A DNA stretch of 60,177 bases, filler included, from Ionaspis alba (taxonomy: Eukaryota): the NCBI GenBank assembly GCA_964255285.1. It is 6 parts of 6 records of this genome, joined end to end, with 100 filler letters (N's around TTAATTAATTAA, not from the genome) between each part and the next. Parts side by side here need not be neighbours in the genome. Positions count along the whole stretch, not along the records: positions 30,255 to 40,208 come from CAXUUL010000639.1; positions 40,309 to 50,204 come from CAXUUL010000640.1; 4 more parts are not named here. One strand, given 5' to 3'. Shown in pieces: positions 35,269 through 47,500 of the stretch; the stretch's first letter is position 1; every line of letters begins with the position of its first letter. The notes beneath the pieces were generated by a model. It made no database searches, was not told where the DNA came from, and saw only the letters and a list, made by a program, of their open reading frames with translations. The translations under genes and the position numbers were made by a program.

Positions 35269-37061
35269 CTCTGCTCAGTCAATGCTGTTGACGTTTGTTC
35301 CTTTCAGAAGACTACGCCTCGTTCGATCGTTTCAGCATGGCGCGTGGCGAAGGAAGGCAAATTATGCTAAGGAAGGTTTGACATGAGCGGTTGGCCGTGG
35401 TCTCGGTTCATCTCGTCGGTTGTTGCATCTCAGCATCAATAAACTCGGGGATCTGTAAATAACACGAAGTACAAAAGTTTGCATGTATGATTGAAGCGGT
35501 ATTTCATATAAGTATCGGCCATTATTTTCATTTTGCAACTAGCTGAAGAGTACAACGTCCCTACCAGAACTTACTACGCACTAGACGAATCAGCAGCCGT
35601 TGCCTGGGCTTCTCTGCTACTCTCAACGCAGCGGCCTGCGCCTGCACGGCTACCCAACGCTCCCAGGGAATTGCATCTTGAAATGAATAGCTTGTAAGTG
35701 GGATTTATGTACTGGGGCTCTGTCACTCAGAAGATTATTGATAGTGGTGCAGTGAATGAATGACAAAATGACTCGTGCTGTAGAGTGGTTTCGCAGCCTC
35801 TATACTGATCTGATAGCGCAGGCGTGTTGCGGATAGGTCCATCAGCGCTGCGAAAGGCGATCAACGCATGGCGCGAGAGTACATTCAATGGTGTTGTGTT
35901 CTATCCCCTCGGATCCGGAGGAGCCGTACATGGAGGTCTCAAAAGCATTCCCTGTCCCGGCATCCAACAACATGAATTCGGGCAGCTGGGTCTCCAACGC
36001 TGCGGCTCGTGACGTCTTACCCTCTCAAGCCATCGACTCTCGCCAAGGCTGTTCTACTGGCTGAAATCTCATATATTCCGTGGTGAGGGAAGAGGACTTC
36101 TGCGACATGCTCGGTCCCGGTGCACATGTGCTAAATACTGTCGTCCTCCGCACGGAATACGTCGACAAGTCTACTCTACGTGGTATTCTCAGCGCCTTTT
36201 TGTTCTCGGAGGCAAGCCGACTGACTAAACTCATCCTCGACACGCAAATCTTTACAAATGAGCCTCCTGGAATGGTTACATCTAAACATCTGACTTGTCT
36301 GGTAGGTAAATACCGTTGGGATTCGAGCTTGGATACGGTGTTCGTGGAGCGCACGTCTAAACTCAGAATGTTGGCTGCGTGTCTCAATGATGACTGTTGG
36401 CCATGATTTGCTGCTGAAATATGGCTGGGGGACGACAGGAATCAGCACACAATGCGAGAAATTCTTCGGCTTCGTAATTTCTCTCTCGGGACTCTTACAA
36501 TGACTCTCACACAACCGTGATTCAGACTAGTCTTATCTCAGGCTGGAGATCATACATCACCCGTCCACATTTCTGTTCTCCTTGACAAGAACGGCGCGGC
36601 TGTCTATCAGCAGAAAGAAAAGTCATTTGAGAGCGAGGGAGTGAAAGAAAAGGATGATTGAAGACGCAGTTTCAGCTTGAATTCCGGCTAGATGCACAAA
36701 ATGATGAACCAAGGGCACTAGCGCACGAGGAAGCAAGCTGGGAATCATATGAGTAGTCATTTGGGTCTCGTCTTGCGATCTCTCTATGACCTGCTTTGAT
36801 ATTTCAAGGAAGAAGCTTTTCGCATTCTGTGGTCTTTCCTTCCACCGTTTTTCTTGTGGCGATTTGCACAGACCAAGCACGTTACGTTTCAGTCACTCCT
36901 TCCCACTCTTGGATTTCATGAAAATGCACTGCACTTTCCAGAATATCCTCGTTCTAATGCCAAATATGTGGACGCTCCACTATGCACAAGTTCATCTCCC
37001 ACCACATATTGTTCATCATCACTATACCTCACCTCTCTTTGTCCGAATCCCTACAATAGTA

Positions 37062-38521
37062 ATGTCAGTCTTCATTTCCGCCAAAGACTCTGGTCCAGTA
37101 ACACGTCGCTCTCGAAAGCGTCAAGGCCGACGTGGAGGTAATGGAAGCTCTGTGGTCGATTGTGCTAGCACAGGAACCGGAAGCAGCAAGGATGAGGTCT
37201 CTGACTTTGAAAGTCATAAAGAGGACGTGGCAGGGCACGGGGCGAATGTCACCCTGAATGGTACTTCATCCACCTTCAAGCCAATTCAGCTCCCGCAGTA
37301 CATACTGAAATATCGCTAGATAATCCATTCGCAGCTCTGCTTACCCTGGAGTCGTCTCCAATATCCTCCTCAATAGCTCAAGAAGAGCAGAACGAAGCAC
37401 CTCTAGCCATGAGTCCGTCTAGAAACGAATCTTGCTCGCAGTTCTCTGCTCTACGCTCCGATTCATCATCCCAGTCTCTTCGACCATCACCTGTGTCCGT
37501 ACCTTCTAAATCCAGACCAGGTACAGTCGCAGAATCCTCCGTCGCTCAACCGCAATCTCTTTTCGGGGCTCGAGATCGCCGGTCGAACAGAATCCGGAGA
37601 CACGGCTGCTCGTCAAGTGCTCCTGGTAATGAAGTAAACAAGCGGCATGAGTCTAAGCTCTCCGCATCGAGCTCTCTTCCGGAAATTACCTCAACAGAGG
37701 CGCTTCTTAACAAACAGAGCACTGAAGCTAGGAGTTCAACGAAGCTCATCGACGAGGCCATTCCCCAGCCGTCCGCCACACAAGTGTCGGTTCCATCCAT
37801 ATTCACACCGGGTCCTACGAAACGCATGGCTCCAGCTGACTCAAAGACTACACTCGCCTTACCGGCTTCTATCGCCTCCTGCAAGCTAGGAAATCACGCT
37901 CAGGTGCAGGATGCATCTCTGAGCCCACTTCAGCTTGCCAGCATCGGCGCTGAGAAATCTATCAAGTGCACGGGTTGGCCATCCGCAGCTGTTCCACCTA
38001 TCGCGCCAGTGACAAAGGATCGCAAGTCGAGGTTCTTTCCTACATACAGTCTGAGAGAGCAAGGACGGAAGAAAATCACGATTGATTTTACCGCCCAGAG
38101 CCCTCTGATCAGTCTCTATGACGGCAAGGTTTCCGAGACAACCCAAGCCGATAATGATTGTGCAAGCAATTCGCCCCTGTCTGTTCAGCATGTCACGCAA
38201 AGTGCAACAGAAGCAACCATGCCATTCGTGGCTGACAACACGCAAGCTGCTCTGTTGAGGCAGATAGAGGAGGTAGAAAGGATTGAGGCCCTCGAGGCAC
38301 CTCCTCCTCTGGCGAAGCAGATGGACGAGGTAGACAAGGTCAAGTCAGAGTGGTATGGACTGTCTGGGCCTATTGGTGTCACAGCAGATAGCAACATAGC
38401 CAAGGTGAATTCAAAGAAAGCAGGAGGGCGCAAGAAGAAGGAGAAAAAACAGCATGATCATGTCTGGCACAATGATAGTGAAGCCAGGGAAGAGGATGAT
38501 GGAGGGTGGGAATGGGTGTGA
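37062..38521 (+). CDS. Hypothetical low-complexity S/P-rich protein, 2 exons
   Basis: Exon 1 from ATG 37062 joins in frame, via a GT-AG intron (about 37261-37334), to a 370-codon ORF ending DDGGWEWV*. No domain recognised. Confidence 0.55.
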
Positions 38522-40208
38522 AGCGCGAGTCGTGCATTAAGCAAGCAAGCGTTGGATAGTTAGCGCTCTTGAGGTCAGACCGTTGGATCGAGACCTACTG
38601 CTGTAAGTTTTACTTCGCTTCTTTTGCGGCGCGATTGAGGCCGGACAATCATCGTCCTGGCCATATTTCATTCTGTTGACCACAAGTGCAATGGTACGAA
38701 ATACATCAAAATTACTTCCATCAAATTTCTGCCTATGATATGAAGCGACAGGGTTCGAATACTTGACGCCAGCTGTGCAGGTCCTCGCGTGTTGAGATCT
38801 TCAACATCCACTTACAATACTTGCCACTCATCCTCCCCTTCTTCCAGGACCTGCTCTATGATCCTGTCGACAAGACAATGTCCACTATCAGGCACCGTGT
38901 CCTTGCATTCCTCCGTTCTTACACTCGCACTTCTCCCCACAATCATGCTCTCTCCAGCTTCGCCAGCGCGTTGTACTATTGTTCGGGTGTCTTGGAAAAC
39001 TAACAGATCTTGACTAAGTCCCTACTCGGGGTTATCTCCTTTGACCGTGATTTGCGCATTACCGTCTGAGGACGACCTTGCTGTCGTGGCCAGGGCTAGC
39101 AGTTCGATGCCTTGCTTTGCCTTGTGAACGATTATACCGTATGAAATGTAAAAATCGTCTCTCGAGCCAATGCCGTCTACACATGAGTTGATGCTACCAA
39201 TGCGCTGAAGGCGATTTGCTGGAGTTGCTAGTCAGCAATTCCTGCTGGCCGCCGTTCAATCCGTTCTAGCAGCACAGACGTCAGTCAAGGAGTGTTGAAA
39301 GTAGGGAAGTTTCAACTGATAGTAGCTAGGGTAATATTTCGACAGAAGGATGGGACTAGAATGATCAAATGCTTACCGTCAATGCAGAACCAATGTACTG
39401 TCAAGTTTCCATCCTCATCAGTTGCCCACTTGGGCTCGAAATACTTGGCTCCGAATGTGTCGTATGTATGGCTCGGGGAAAGGATACCTATTAGTGTGCA
39501 ACGAGCGAGCAGACCGTGATCCTCACCACATAACGACGCAAATCCGAGTGTCTGTACGGATTCAAGAGTCCATTGCTATTGAAGCAGCTCTTCTCACATA
39601 CTTGCAACCGGCGAGCTTCCAAGCTCAGCTGCAACCAAGTCCCGAAGAACCAAAGCTGCTTGTTTGGGTCCACAAGGTTGCATGATGAGTATGTTTCTTT
39701 CTGAATATGATCTTGAACAAAGCTTTGCGTTTGTAACCAGTATACTCCTACACGTGGTCGATGATTCCGCAAGTGATCATGGCCAGAGAAGAGATCGCCA
39801 AGGAACAGACAGGTACAACACTCGCCGTGTTGACGTTCCACGGCTCTGCGCTAAGTAATCCAGCTATGGATACCTAAGCCGATCTTTTCGCTCGCTGGGA
39901 ATCTTTCCGGTGTTGACTGACCCCACGATAGTGCCTAAACAAGTAACGGCTTATTAAAACCAGGCGTGTACGTCATGGGAACACAGCAGATGAGACACGA
40001 AATTTTATCAAAGCTCCACTTTGTGGTAGATGATTAGGAATATCGTGGGACCGGATGCTTCTATTGTGCTGATGGCAGCCTTATTCTATCTCTTGACCTC
40101 CGGTGGCAGAATGATGAACTTCTGCAGGTCAATTGTTTGTACTGGCGCATAGCAATGCTCAAAGACTCTTGAGATATGTCCAGCAGCTTACTTATAGTAT
40201 TAAGAGAG

Positions 40209-40308
40209 NNNNNNNNNNNNNNNNNNNNNNNNNNNNNNNNNNNNNNNNNNNNTTAATTAATTAANNNNNNNNNNNNNNNNNNNNNNNNNNNNNNNNNNNN
40301 NNNNNNNN
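40209..40308. other. Artificial contig spacer N44-TTAATTAATTAA-N44
   Basis: Same linker. Confidence 0.97.
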
Positions 40309-42239
40309 TCGTATTTTGTCTGCCATTGTAGCATTTTGACCAAGTAACTGCTTCGCAATCTCTTCATATTTTTCCGCGGAAAGGCCTTGAAGCTCGAGAT
40401 TGTCCGCTTGAATAATCTCCTCGACTTCTCTTTCATCGCCGTCAAAGATGTTTGACAAAATGCGCTTCGCCGTTGACCCAGTAATCCGATTCTGATTCAG
40501 ATACTCAACGATAGAGGCTAAAGCTTTCGCCGGTACACTGTTCTCCGAAAAGGTCAATGCAGATGCACTAAGGAGCCCACCCATCTCGTGGATAATCCTG
40601 CTGATTGTGAGTATCGGCTTTATCCTGATCTAGTAGGCTTACCAATTGGCTACCGTTCTACCATACTGAGTAGGTGCATCCACACAATCCCCACCCTTCG
40701 CTAATAGGAGAGAATTTACCTCATGGAAATAATCTAGTCGTTCTCCATCATCGATAGAGACTAGTGTCTTAGCATCTTTAAGGGAGACATCGAAGACTTT
40801 GACAAGCCGTTCAATCTGACCGTCAGGTAGTTCTGGGAGTGTAGTACGAAGATGCTCTACAAGGTCCTGATATAGTGGTAAGCAGATGTTACAGATTTTG
40901 ACTGCGAGCTTACCTCTCCTATAAAAACCGGTGCAATGTCCGGATCGGGCATATATCGATAATCAACTTCCCCCTCTTTCCCCCGAAGCTTTCTCGTTTC
41001 TGTGCTTCCAAGCGACCAGCCTCGTGTCTCACCTTCTACTCGACCACCACTCTCAAGCAGTTCGACCTGACGGTCGCGTTCCGCAATGATCGCATCTTCC
41101 ACTGCCTTGAAGCTGCTTAGATTCTTGATCTCGGTCCTCTGTCCAAGTCCGGTGATTCCATAGTACTCGGACGGACCCCCTTCTGCACTCTTCTTTCGGA
41201 CCGAAACATTTACGTCTGCCCTTAGACCACCCATCTCCATACCCGTTGTAACTGCACTGACTGCTTGTAGCAGAGCTTGTATCTTTCTCACACAGGCAGC
41301 TGCTGTTTGCGGATGATGGATCTGTGGCAGTGTTATGATCTCGATCAAGGGATGTCCGACACGATTGAAGTCGAGAAGCATGGTATGTGGAGGTTGCAAA
41401 ATGGTTTTCGCTGTGTCTTGCTCCATCTGGACTTGTTTGATGCCGATGTCAATTGAGTGGCCATCTTCTGGTGCTATGCCGTCGTAGTCGAAAAGCGTGA
41501 TATGACCATCTTTCGCAAATGGTTCTAAGACGGTCAGAAAATATATTACCGTAATTAAGCAGTATTGGCATACCATAGTATTGCGTTATTTGATACCCCG
41601 CGGGCTGATCTTGGTAGAAGTAGTGTTTTCTGTCAAACTTGCTGGACCGTTGTATATTGCATTGGAGAGCTAAAGCGGCTCGGAGAGCTGGTAGAAGAGT
41701 CGCCCGCTGAAAGATCTGGGTTGCACATTAGCGATCGCAGACGCAATTGTTCAACGTGCCCATGCCCACAGGTTGACTCCCAGGGAATGCCAGGTCGAAG
41801 AACGCAGTGTGCGAATTAGGCTCATCGTTGACCGATGTTGCAGCCTCTTGAGAAATGTCAGCCTTTTTTTTCAGTAGCACGGCCACATACGCTGACCTGA
41901 GAAGAGCTTTCGCTCGGTATTCAATTGGGCATGGACCTCGATGCCCACTGTCAACTCCCACTGCTTGAGTCTCGAGGATGTATTTCTCCTTGTGGTCTTC
42001 GAATCATGTCCTCCTGCAGCTCGCCTTCGCTTTGCTTCATCCTTCAATTGCTTTCGAAAAGGTGCGCTTTCGGTGAAATTGACTTCGGTCTGGAGGCGAC
42101 GAATCGGTGGAAGGGCAATCCGGGTCCTGGTCTCGTAGACACGTCGAGGTCCCACACCTTTCCGAAGACAAGAAGAACAAACCCATCCTGTTGTTCTAGA
42201 AGTTGCAAGACTAGGAAAAAGTGCAAAGGAAGTGGACAT
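40309..42239 (-). CDS. PET112: Mitochondrial glutamyl-tRNA(Gln) amidotransferase subunit B (C-terminus truncated), multi-exon
   Basis: Presequence-like N-terminus, [90 protein letters not shown]. Confidence 0.95.
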
Positions 42240-42730
42240 CACATAAGACTAGACCTCTGGAGATCTATTACTCTTGCGCACTTGGAACACGCTGATAGAA
42301 CATTGGTAGGGCTGAAAGAGCGGCAGACAATCTTTATGACTGCAAGGGTAAATACAGCAGCTTTACAGGGTATGTTGATCATGGATATTCAATCTTTTTG
42401 TATTACATGGTGGCTATTCAGAGTGGTTGACCATAAGTCCTAATCCTTCGTCGCCTTCCTGAAACTGTAATGCACAATTCTTCACATGCGAGTATCGAAA
42501 GGATGTCTAGGGCTGTTGACGATTTGTACGCTAAAGCAGTATGACGTGCCCCAGCTCCAAACACGTAACCGACGGCTCCAGGAACCGGATACTGCCCAAG
42601 ACCCTGAAAGTTATATCATTCCCTCATAAAGCATTGATTATCCCTTTCGTTCCAAATTCTACCATTCATCTACACACAAATCATCACCAAATCGCTGCAT
42701 CAAGTTTCCCACAGAATACACACCGCAATC

Positions 42731-43099
42731 ATGAACACTCAGCCCCAGAATGCCGGAGCTCCCAAGGAGGACTACCTTGATAAGGGTATTAGTCTCCGTG
42801 TTTTTCTTCCACTAATGTCTTCTCCTCCCGCGAAGCCAAGCCTAGCCCTGCTCTCCTCCTACTCAGGGAAGCCTCTTGCTAACGCTGTTCGAAGGAGTTG
42901 ATGCTGCCGAGAAGAAGTTTGGCGGGGGCAAAATCGACCCCGCAAAATCCCGTGGCATGAACGAAAAGATCACAGACAAAGCTACAAGCATGTTCGAGAA
43001 GGCCACTGGGTGAGTTTCTCACTCTGATGATCCGAAGAAGGGATGGTGCTGACTCCTTGGCTTTACAGCAAGGACGTGCCTGACAAAATCTCCAACTAG
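42731..43099 (+). CDS. Small conserved hydrophilic fungal protein (about 66 aa, 3 exons), absent from the ORF track
   Basis: Spliced reading MNTQPQNAGAPKEDYLDKG/VDAAEKKFGGGKIDPAKSRGMNEKITDKATSMFEKATG/KDVPDKISN*. Both introns have GT-AG ends and ctaac/ctgac branch sites. Confidence 0.85.
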
Positions 43100-43506
43100 G
43101 CTATCTTTGGCTGGCCGGGCTGGTTCTTCGTTCTTTCGAGACAGTCCTAGGAATAAGATGTTGATGCACAGAGATCGAACTAGGGAATATGAATTGGTAG
43201 AGCAGGTTATACTCTTGAAAAATCCTCGTGAGACTTATTCGTCATGCGGTGCGTTCGCTGGTGTATGAAATGCAAAATATACCAACGAGAATATTGCACC
43301 GCTGGAAGCAGCACTTGCATTCCAGCATCCATAATGAATCCACAACATCAGTCTCTCTTACAATAGCATCCACAGGTCGTGATATAGCATTGAAACGCCC
43401 TGCTGATACATGCGCAGCCCAGATGATGCAGTAACTAGAAAAGAACATGGAACACACATATATGCAGTGGAATAAGTTGCAAAGGAAACATGAAATATAT
43501 CTATTA

Positions 43507-44193
43507 TTAATCATACTCATCCCTTTGGACCTGCCACGCCATGACCATCATCCACAACAGGAAGACGGTCCCAACGACCTCAAATGCAAATGCCGCTTGC
43601 CAACTTTGACCTAAACAAGCCTCGTCAGCTATTTTTCACCTATGAGAAACTGGAGTCCTTGATACTCACATATAGACTTCTGCTCCAGATACGCCAGTGT
43701 GGCCACACTGACCTGCGAAAATGGCATCGAGAAGACGTAGATATTGCAATTCCCATTGACACTCCCACTCGGACCAAACAGTTGTATACTCGTCTCAATC
43801 AAGCCGGTGAGCCACAAGACAAAGAGTATGAATGTTCCGACGATGACAAGTCCAGGCAGCAGCATTCGTTGCCCAATAAGTATAACCATCAGGATGATGA
43901 AGACGATGGCGAGGCCGGAGATCGTGACTTCGTAGGGAAATAGCCTGCCGGCAACAATTCAATTAGCATGCTGTTGTTTTGAAAGGATGCGTCAACCCAA
44001 AATAGGATTCATGAGAGAGGCGAACTGACCATGGGTTCCCTAATCCCAGCGTCTGCTGAACCATCATGAAGTTGGCGAATACGCCCAGTGTTGTTCCCGC
44101 TGATGCCAGCATGATGATGAGCCAGAAGTTGAGTTGAGTATCCGGCCAGTGGTATTTCCGCCGTCGCTCGACGACTACGATATCCGTTGCCAT
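43507..44193 (-). CDS. Conserved four-TM membrane protein (MARVEL-like), 3 exons
   Basis: KYHWPDTQLNFWLIIML..PW/LFPY..LLPGLVIVGTFILFVLWLTGLIETSIQLFG..VNGNC..LAYLEQKSIC/QSWQAAFAFEVVGTVFLLWMMVMAWQV. Confidence 0.8.
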
Positions 44194-44504
44194 GTTGGTT
44201 GAATCTGAGGNNNNNNNNNNNNNNNNNNNNNNNNNNNNNNNNNNNNNNNNNNNNNNNNNNNNNNNNNNNNNNNNNNNNNNNNNNNNNNNNNNNNNNNNNN
44301 NNNNNNNNNNCCTAGTTGTACAATTAGGGATATTGCAGAACCCCTTCCCGCTGTGGTTCAGTACCAGGCTCAGTCACCTTGACTGTGCAAGCAGGATGGA
44401 ACAGTTTGAGCATTGTTAGAATCGACTGTCTCTATAATGTTGCTCTGAATGCCTCATATTTCCTGAAGTGCAGTCTAAGATGGAATGGTAGTACTTGCTT
44501 CACC

Positions 44505-47500
44505 ATGGCGTCCATCCAATCTTTGGGCATCCACAAACCCACTGCTCTATCTACCGTCATTGCGGAAGGCATTCTGACCCCCAATGCTCCAGAAACATCG
44601 TACTCGTGGCAAACGTTTTGTCACAAGAATGATGAAGGGTACGAAGCTGAAGAAGAGCTCCTGAGTACCAGCTCTTGCGTGGTCTGGTCCCGGGCAGGGG
44701 TTGTTCGAAGGATATTCAGATTTGAGGTAGAGAACGAACCCGTGGTCCAAGCCGTCCTTACACGATTCTCTGCCGATTGGGGCAGTAATATCAAATTCTA
44801 TACAGGCTCATCGAATTTGAGAGTCGGATACTCTGGAACTCCTGGTTCGGATGTTAGCACTGGTGGTCAGCCTCGTCCATCGACCACAGGTAGAGGTCCA
44901 AAGGCTCCCTCTGGGAATATTCAATCTGCTAGTAACCTTGACGGCAAGAAGAAACCCATACCACGTGGAGATCGTGATCGAGCCCTTGTTGTTGTTCTCA
45001 AGTCTCAAGCCCACATCTATTTTCTATCTGGTTCGAGCCACGTAATTCATCTTCCCTTCGAAGTCGTTGCAATGTTTCCTTTACCGCAAGGCGTCCTCTT
45101 GCAACGCAAATTGGAGAGCAAGCCTCTGCCGCAGCCAACACCTCTGCTACCGTCTGCTCCTTTCAATTCCTTTATCGCATATGATTCGGGATCCGCTTCG
45201 AGTCCTCCAGCTTCTCAACCTTTGCAAGACCTTGGCAATAGCAAACCAACAGACGATGTCACTCAGTCAATTCTTAGTCTTCTCGGAAAGGTTTTAAATC
45301 AGGCCAAAATCAGTGACGATGCTGCCCTTCCTGTTTCCTACTGCCTGACTCATCCACTGAGCGAAATGGGTATTATCACGGAGATTGAGTCGATGAAGTC
45401 CGCGTCTCATGGAGCCCGCAAGCCATCTACTCTGTCTACGAAATCTCTGGACTCTGGAGAGAAGGTCCTCTACATTTCTTCGATCGATGAACTTCACGAC
45501 TCTAGATCTAACAACGAGGGTTCCAGTCCATGCATGCTGGCTTTGACGCGCAACCGTGAGACTGGTATGGACACTCTATGGGCCGTGTCCTTTACAGAAC
45601 CTATGCCCGTCAGAAAGTCTCAGCGACGAACCTCCTCCGAGTCTACTCGACGCAAATCGAGGGGTTGGAGCTCGTTTGGGCCTGGCACAGCGACAGGAGC
45701 TACTACACCGGCGATCCGTCAGTCCATGGGCACCAGGGAGAGTTTTGGAGTCGGCAAAGAATCCATGATCGACAGGAGTGTTGTGCAAGACGATGTCGAT
45801 ATAGCGACCCAGTTAGATCCTGCTTTTGAGAACCCTGGAGCGCCAGCAAAGACATCACGTCGGATTAGCTCACTATTGGCACGTTCAGAGCTATCTACGA
45901 GTCGTGAAAAGACTAAGTTCACAGATTATGTAACTGGTAATTCTAACGTGTCGGGACTCCGACGGGGTCATTCATTCGGGGATTACAGAACAAGATCAAG
46001 CTTTGGCACAGTGAATGGAGCTGCTCATGGTATGAGGAAAGACTTGCAGGGCTCACTGTCGGGGAATGAACGCAACCATTTAGTAGCCCCAGCTGACAGT
46101 ATGGTTGACGACACTGACAGCGATGACGATTCGACGAGGTCAAGTGGTTTCAGACCGCAAGGCACTCTACGAGGATTGAAGACAGAAATGATGTTTTCCA
46201 GAGTGTACAGTATGGCGACTGCAGAAAAATCGTCTCATGGACAGCACACCGCGCAGGCAATGAGCGAACCATGCGTGTTCACTCTGAGACCGCCAGAAGC
46301 CGTGGATTCAGCTCAATCGCGTGATGTGGTTATGTGCATTATGGACCGAGGTCTTCGAAGATTGTCGGTCTTACAGATCCGCTGCACAAGACCAAGCTCC
46401 GGCGCCAGAAATACTACTGTTTATAGAAGAAGCTCGGATGCATATTCTTTGCAGGCCACGAAGATAACGAGTGGAGATGGGATCCTCGATGCTTGTAAAA
46501 TATCTGACGGAAAGCACTCCCGCATCCTTGTTCTTGAGGAAACTGACGATAGATTTGGAGCTATATCACTACAAGCACCATGGAGTACACTTATGAGGAT
46601 TCCGCTTCCATCCCCAATGCTTGTGAACAATCCCTATCAGATTGACCGGATTAAGAGCGGGAAACGAAAGGGTGGGGGAGGCTTGAAAAGGGTGCTTAGC
46701 CAGGGTCCTGAGGCGTTAACTGCACTTCGAAACGGTGCTGGTCTAGCTGAAGTTGACGTTGTCGATCAGGCTGGTAACGGCCATCGTGTCAAGATTAGGT
46801 TAGAACCGAGGAACCTTACTGTGAAGAAGCTGATTGCTGTATGCGAGTATGTTTTGCCTTGCCAGGATGCTGAGCGAGAGCCAATATTTCGAGCTTGGTT
46901 GGACGCTCTTACATGGTTACATGATCGTGGAGGAGAATTTTTAGATCGGGAATGGACAGCCTTCCTGGTCGTTTTGTTCTCAGTGTTCATCGGCTCCGAG
47001 GACCAGCATCAATCCCAGAGTACGATAAGGCAAAAAAAAAGGAAAGGAGGGCTGCTTAGATCTGGTAGTGGTACTGAGATTGACTTGGGTAATTGGGACA
47101 AGGTGATGGCCATGGAGGGCAACGCATGTGGCTCGTCGCCTAGCTGGCTGCATGGCCCTGCATGGGCTTGGACAATGGAGCAACATGCGCTGCCTTCCTC
47201 TCCTCAAGCTTCTCATACTCGATCTGCTAGGCAGTCTAGGACGTCCAACTCAAGTCTTGAAGCAACAGTTTCGGTACAACGGAAGAAAACGTTTTTCGTC
47301 GATTGCACTCGTCTAGCTCGCGAGTTTGTGAGGACACCCGCCGGAACACTGGCCTTCGGGGAGGGCGGGTACATCCCGATATCACCGGCAAAGAGCCCCG
47401 AGGGCAAAGGTCGAGCACTGTCGTCGATACTTCTTGGCCTACATATTTTACGAGAGGAGCTGAAACTCGACGTTCTAGCTGCAGAACAACTACATACCCT

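Noticed and set aside
38640..40208. Short ORFs (60-116 aa) at the end of contig 4
   Set aside because: No consistent exon chain or motif. 38790-39003 looks weakly protein-like, but the evidence is insufficient.
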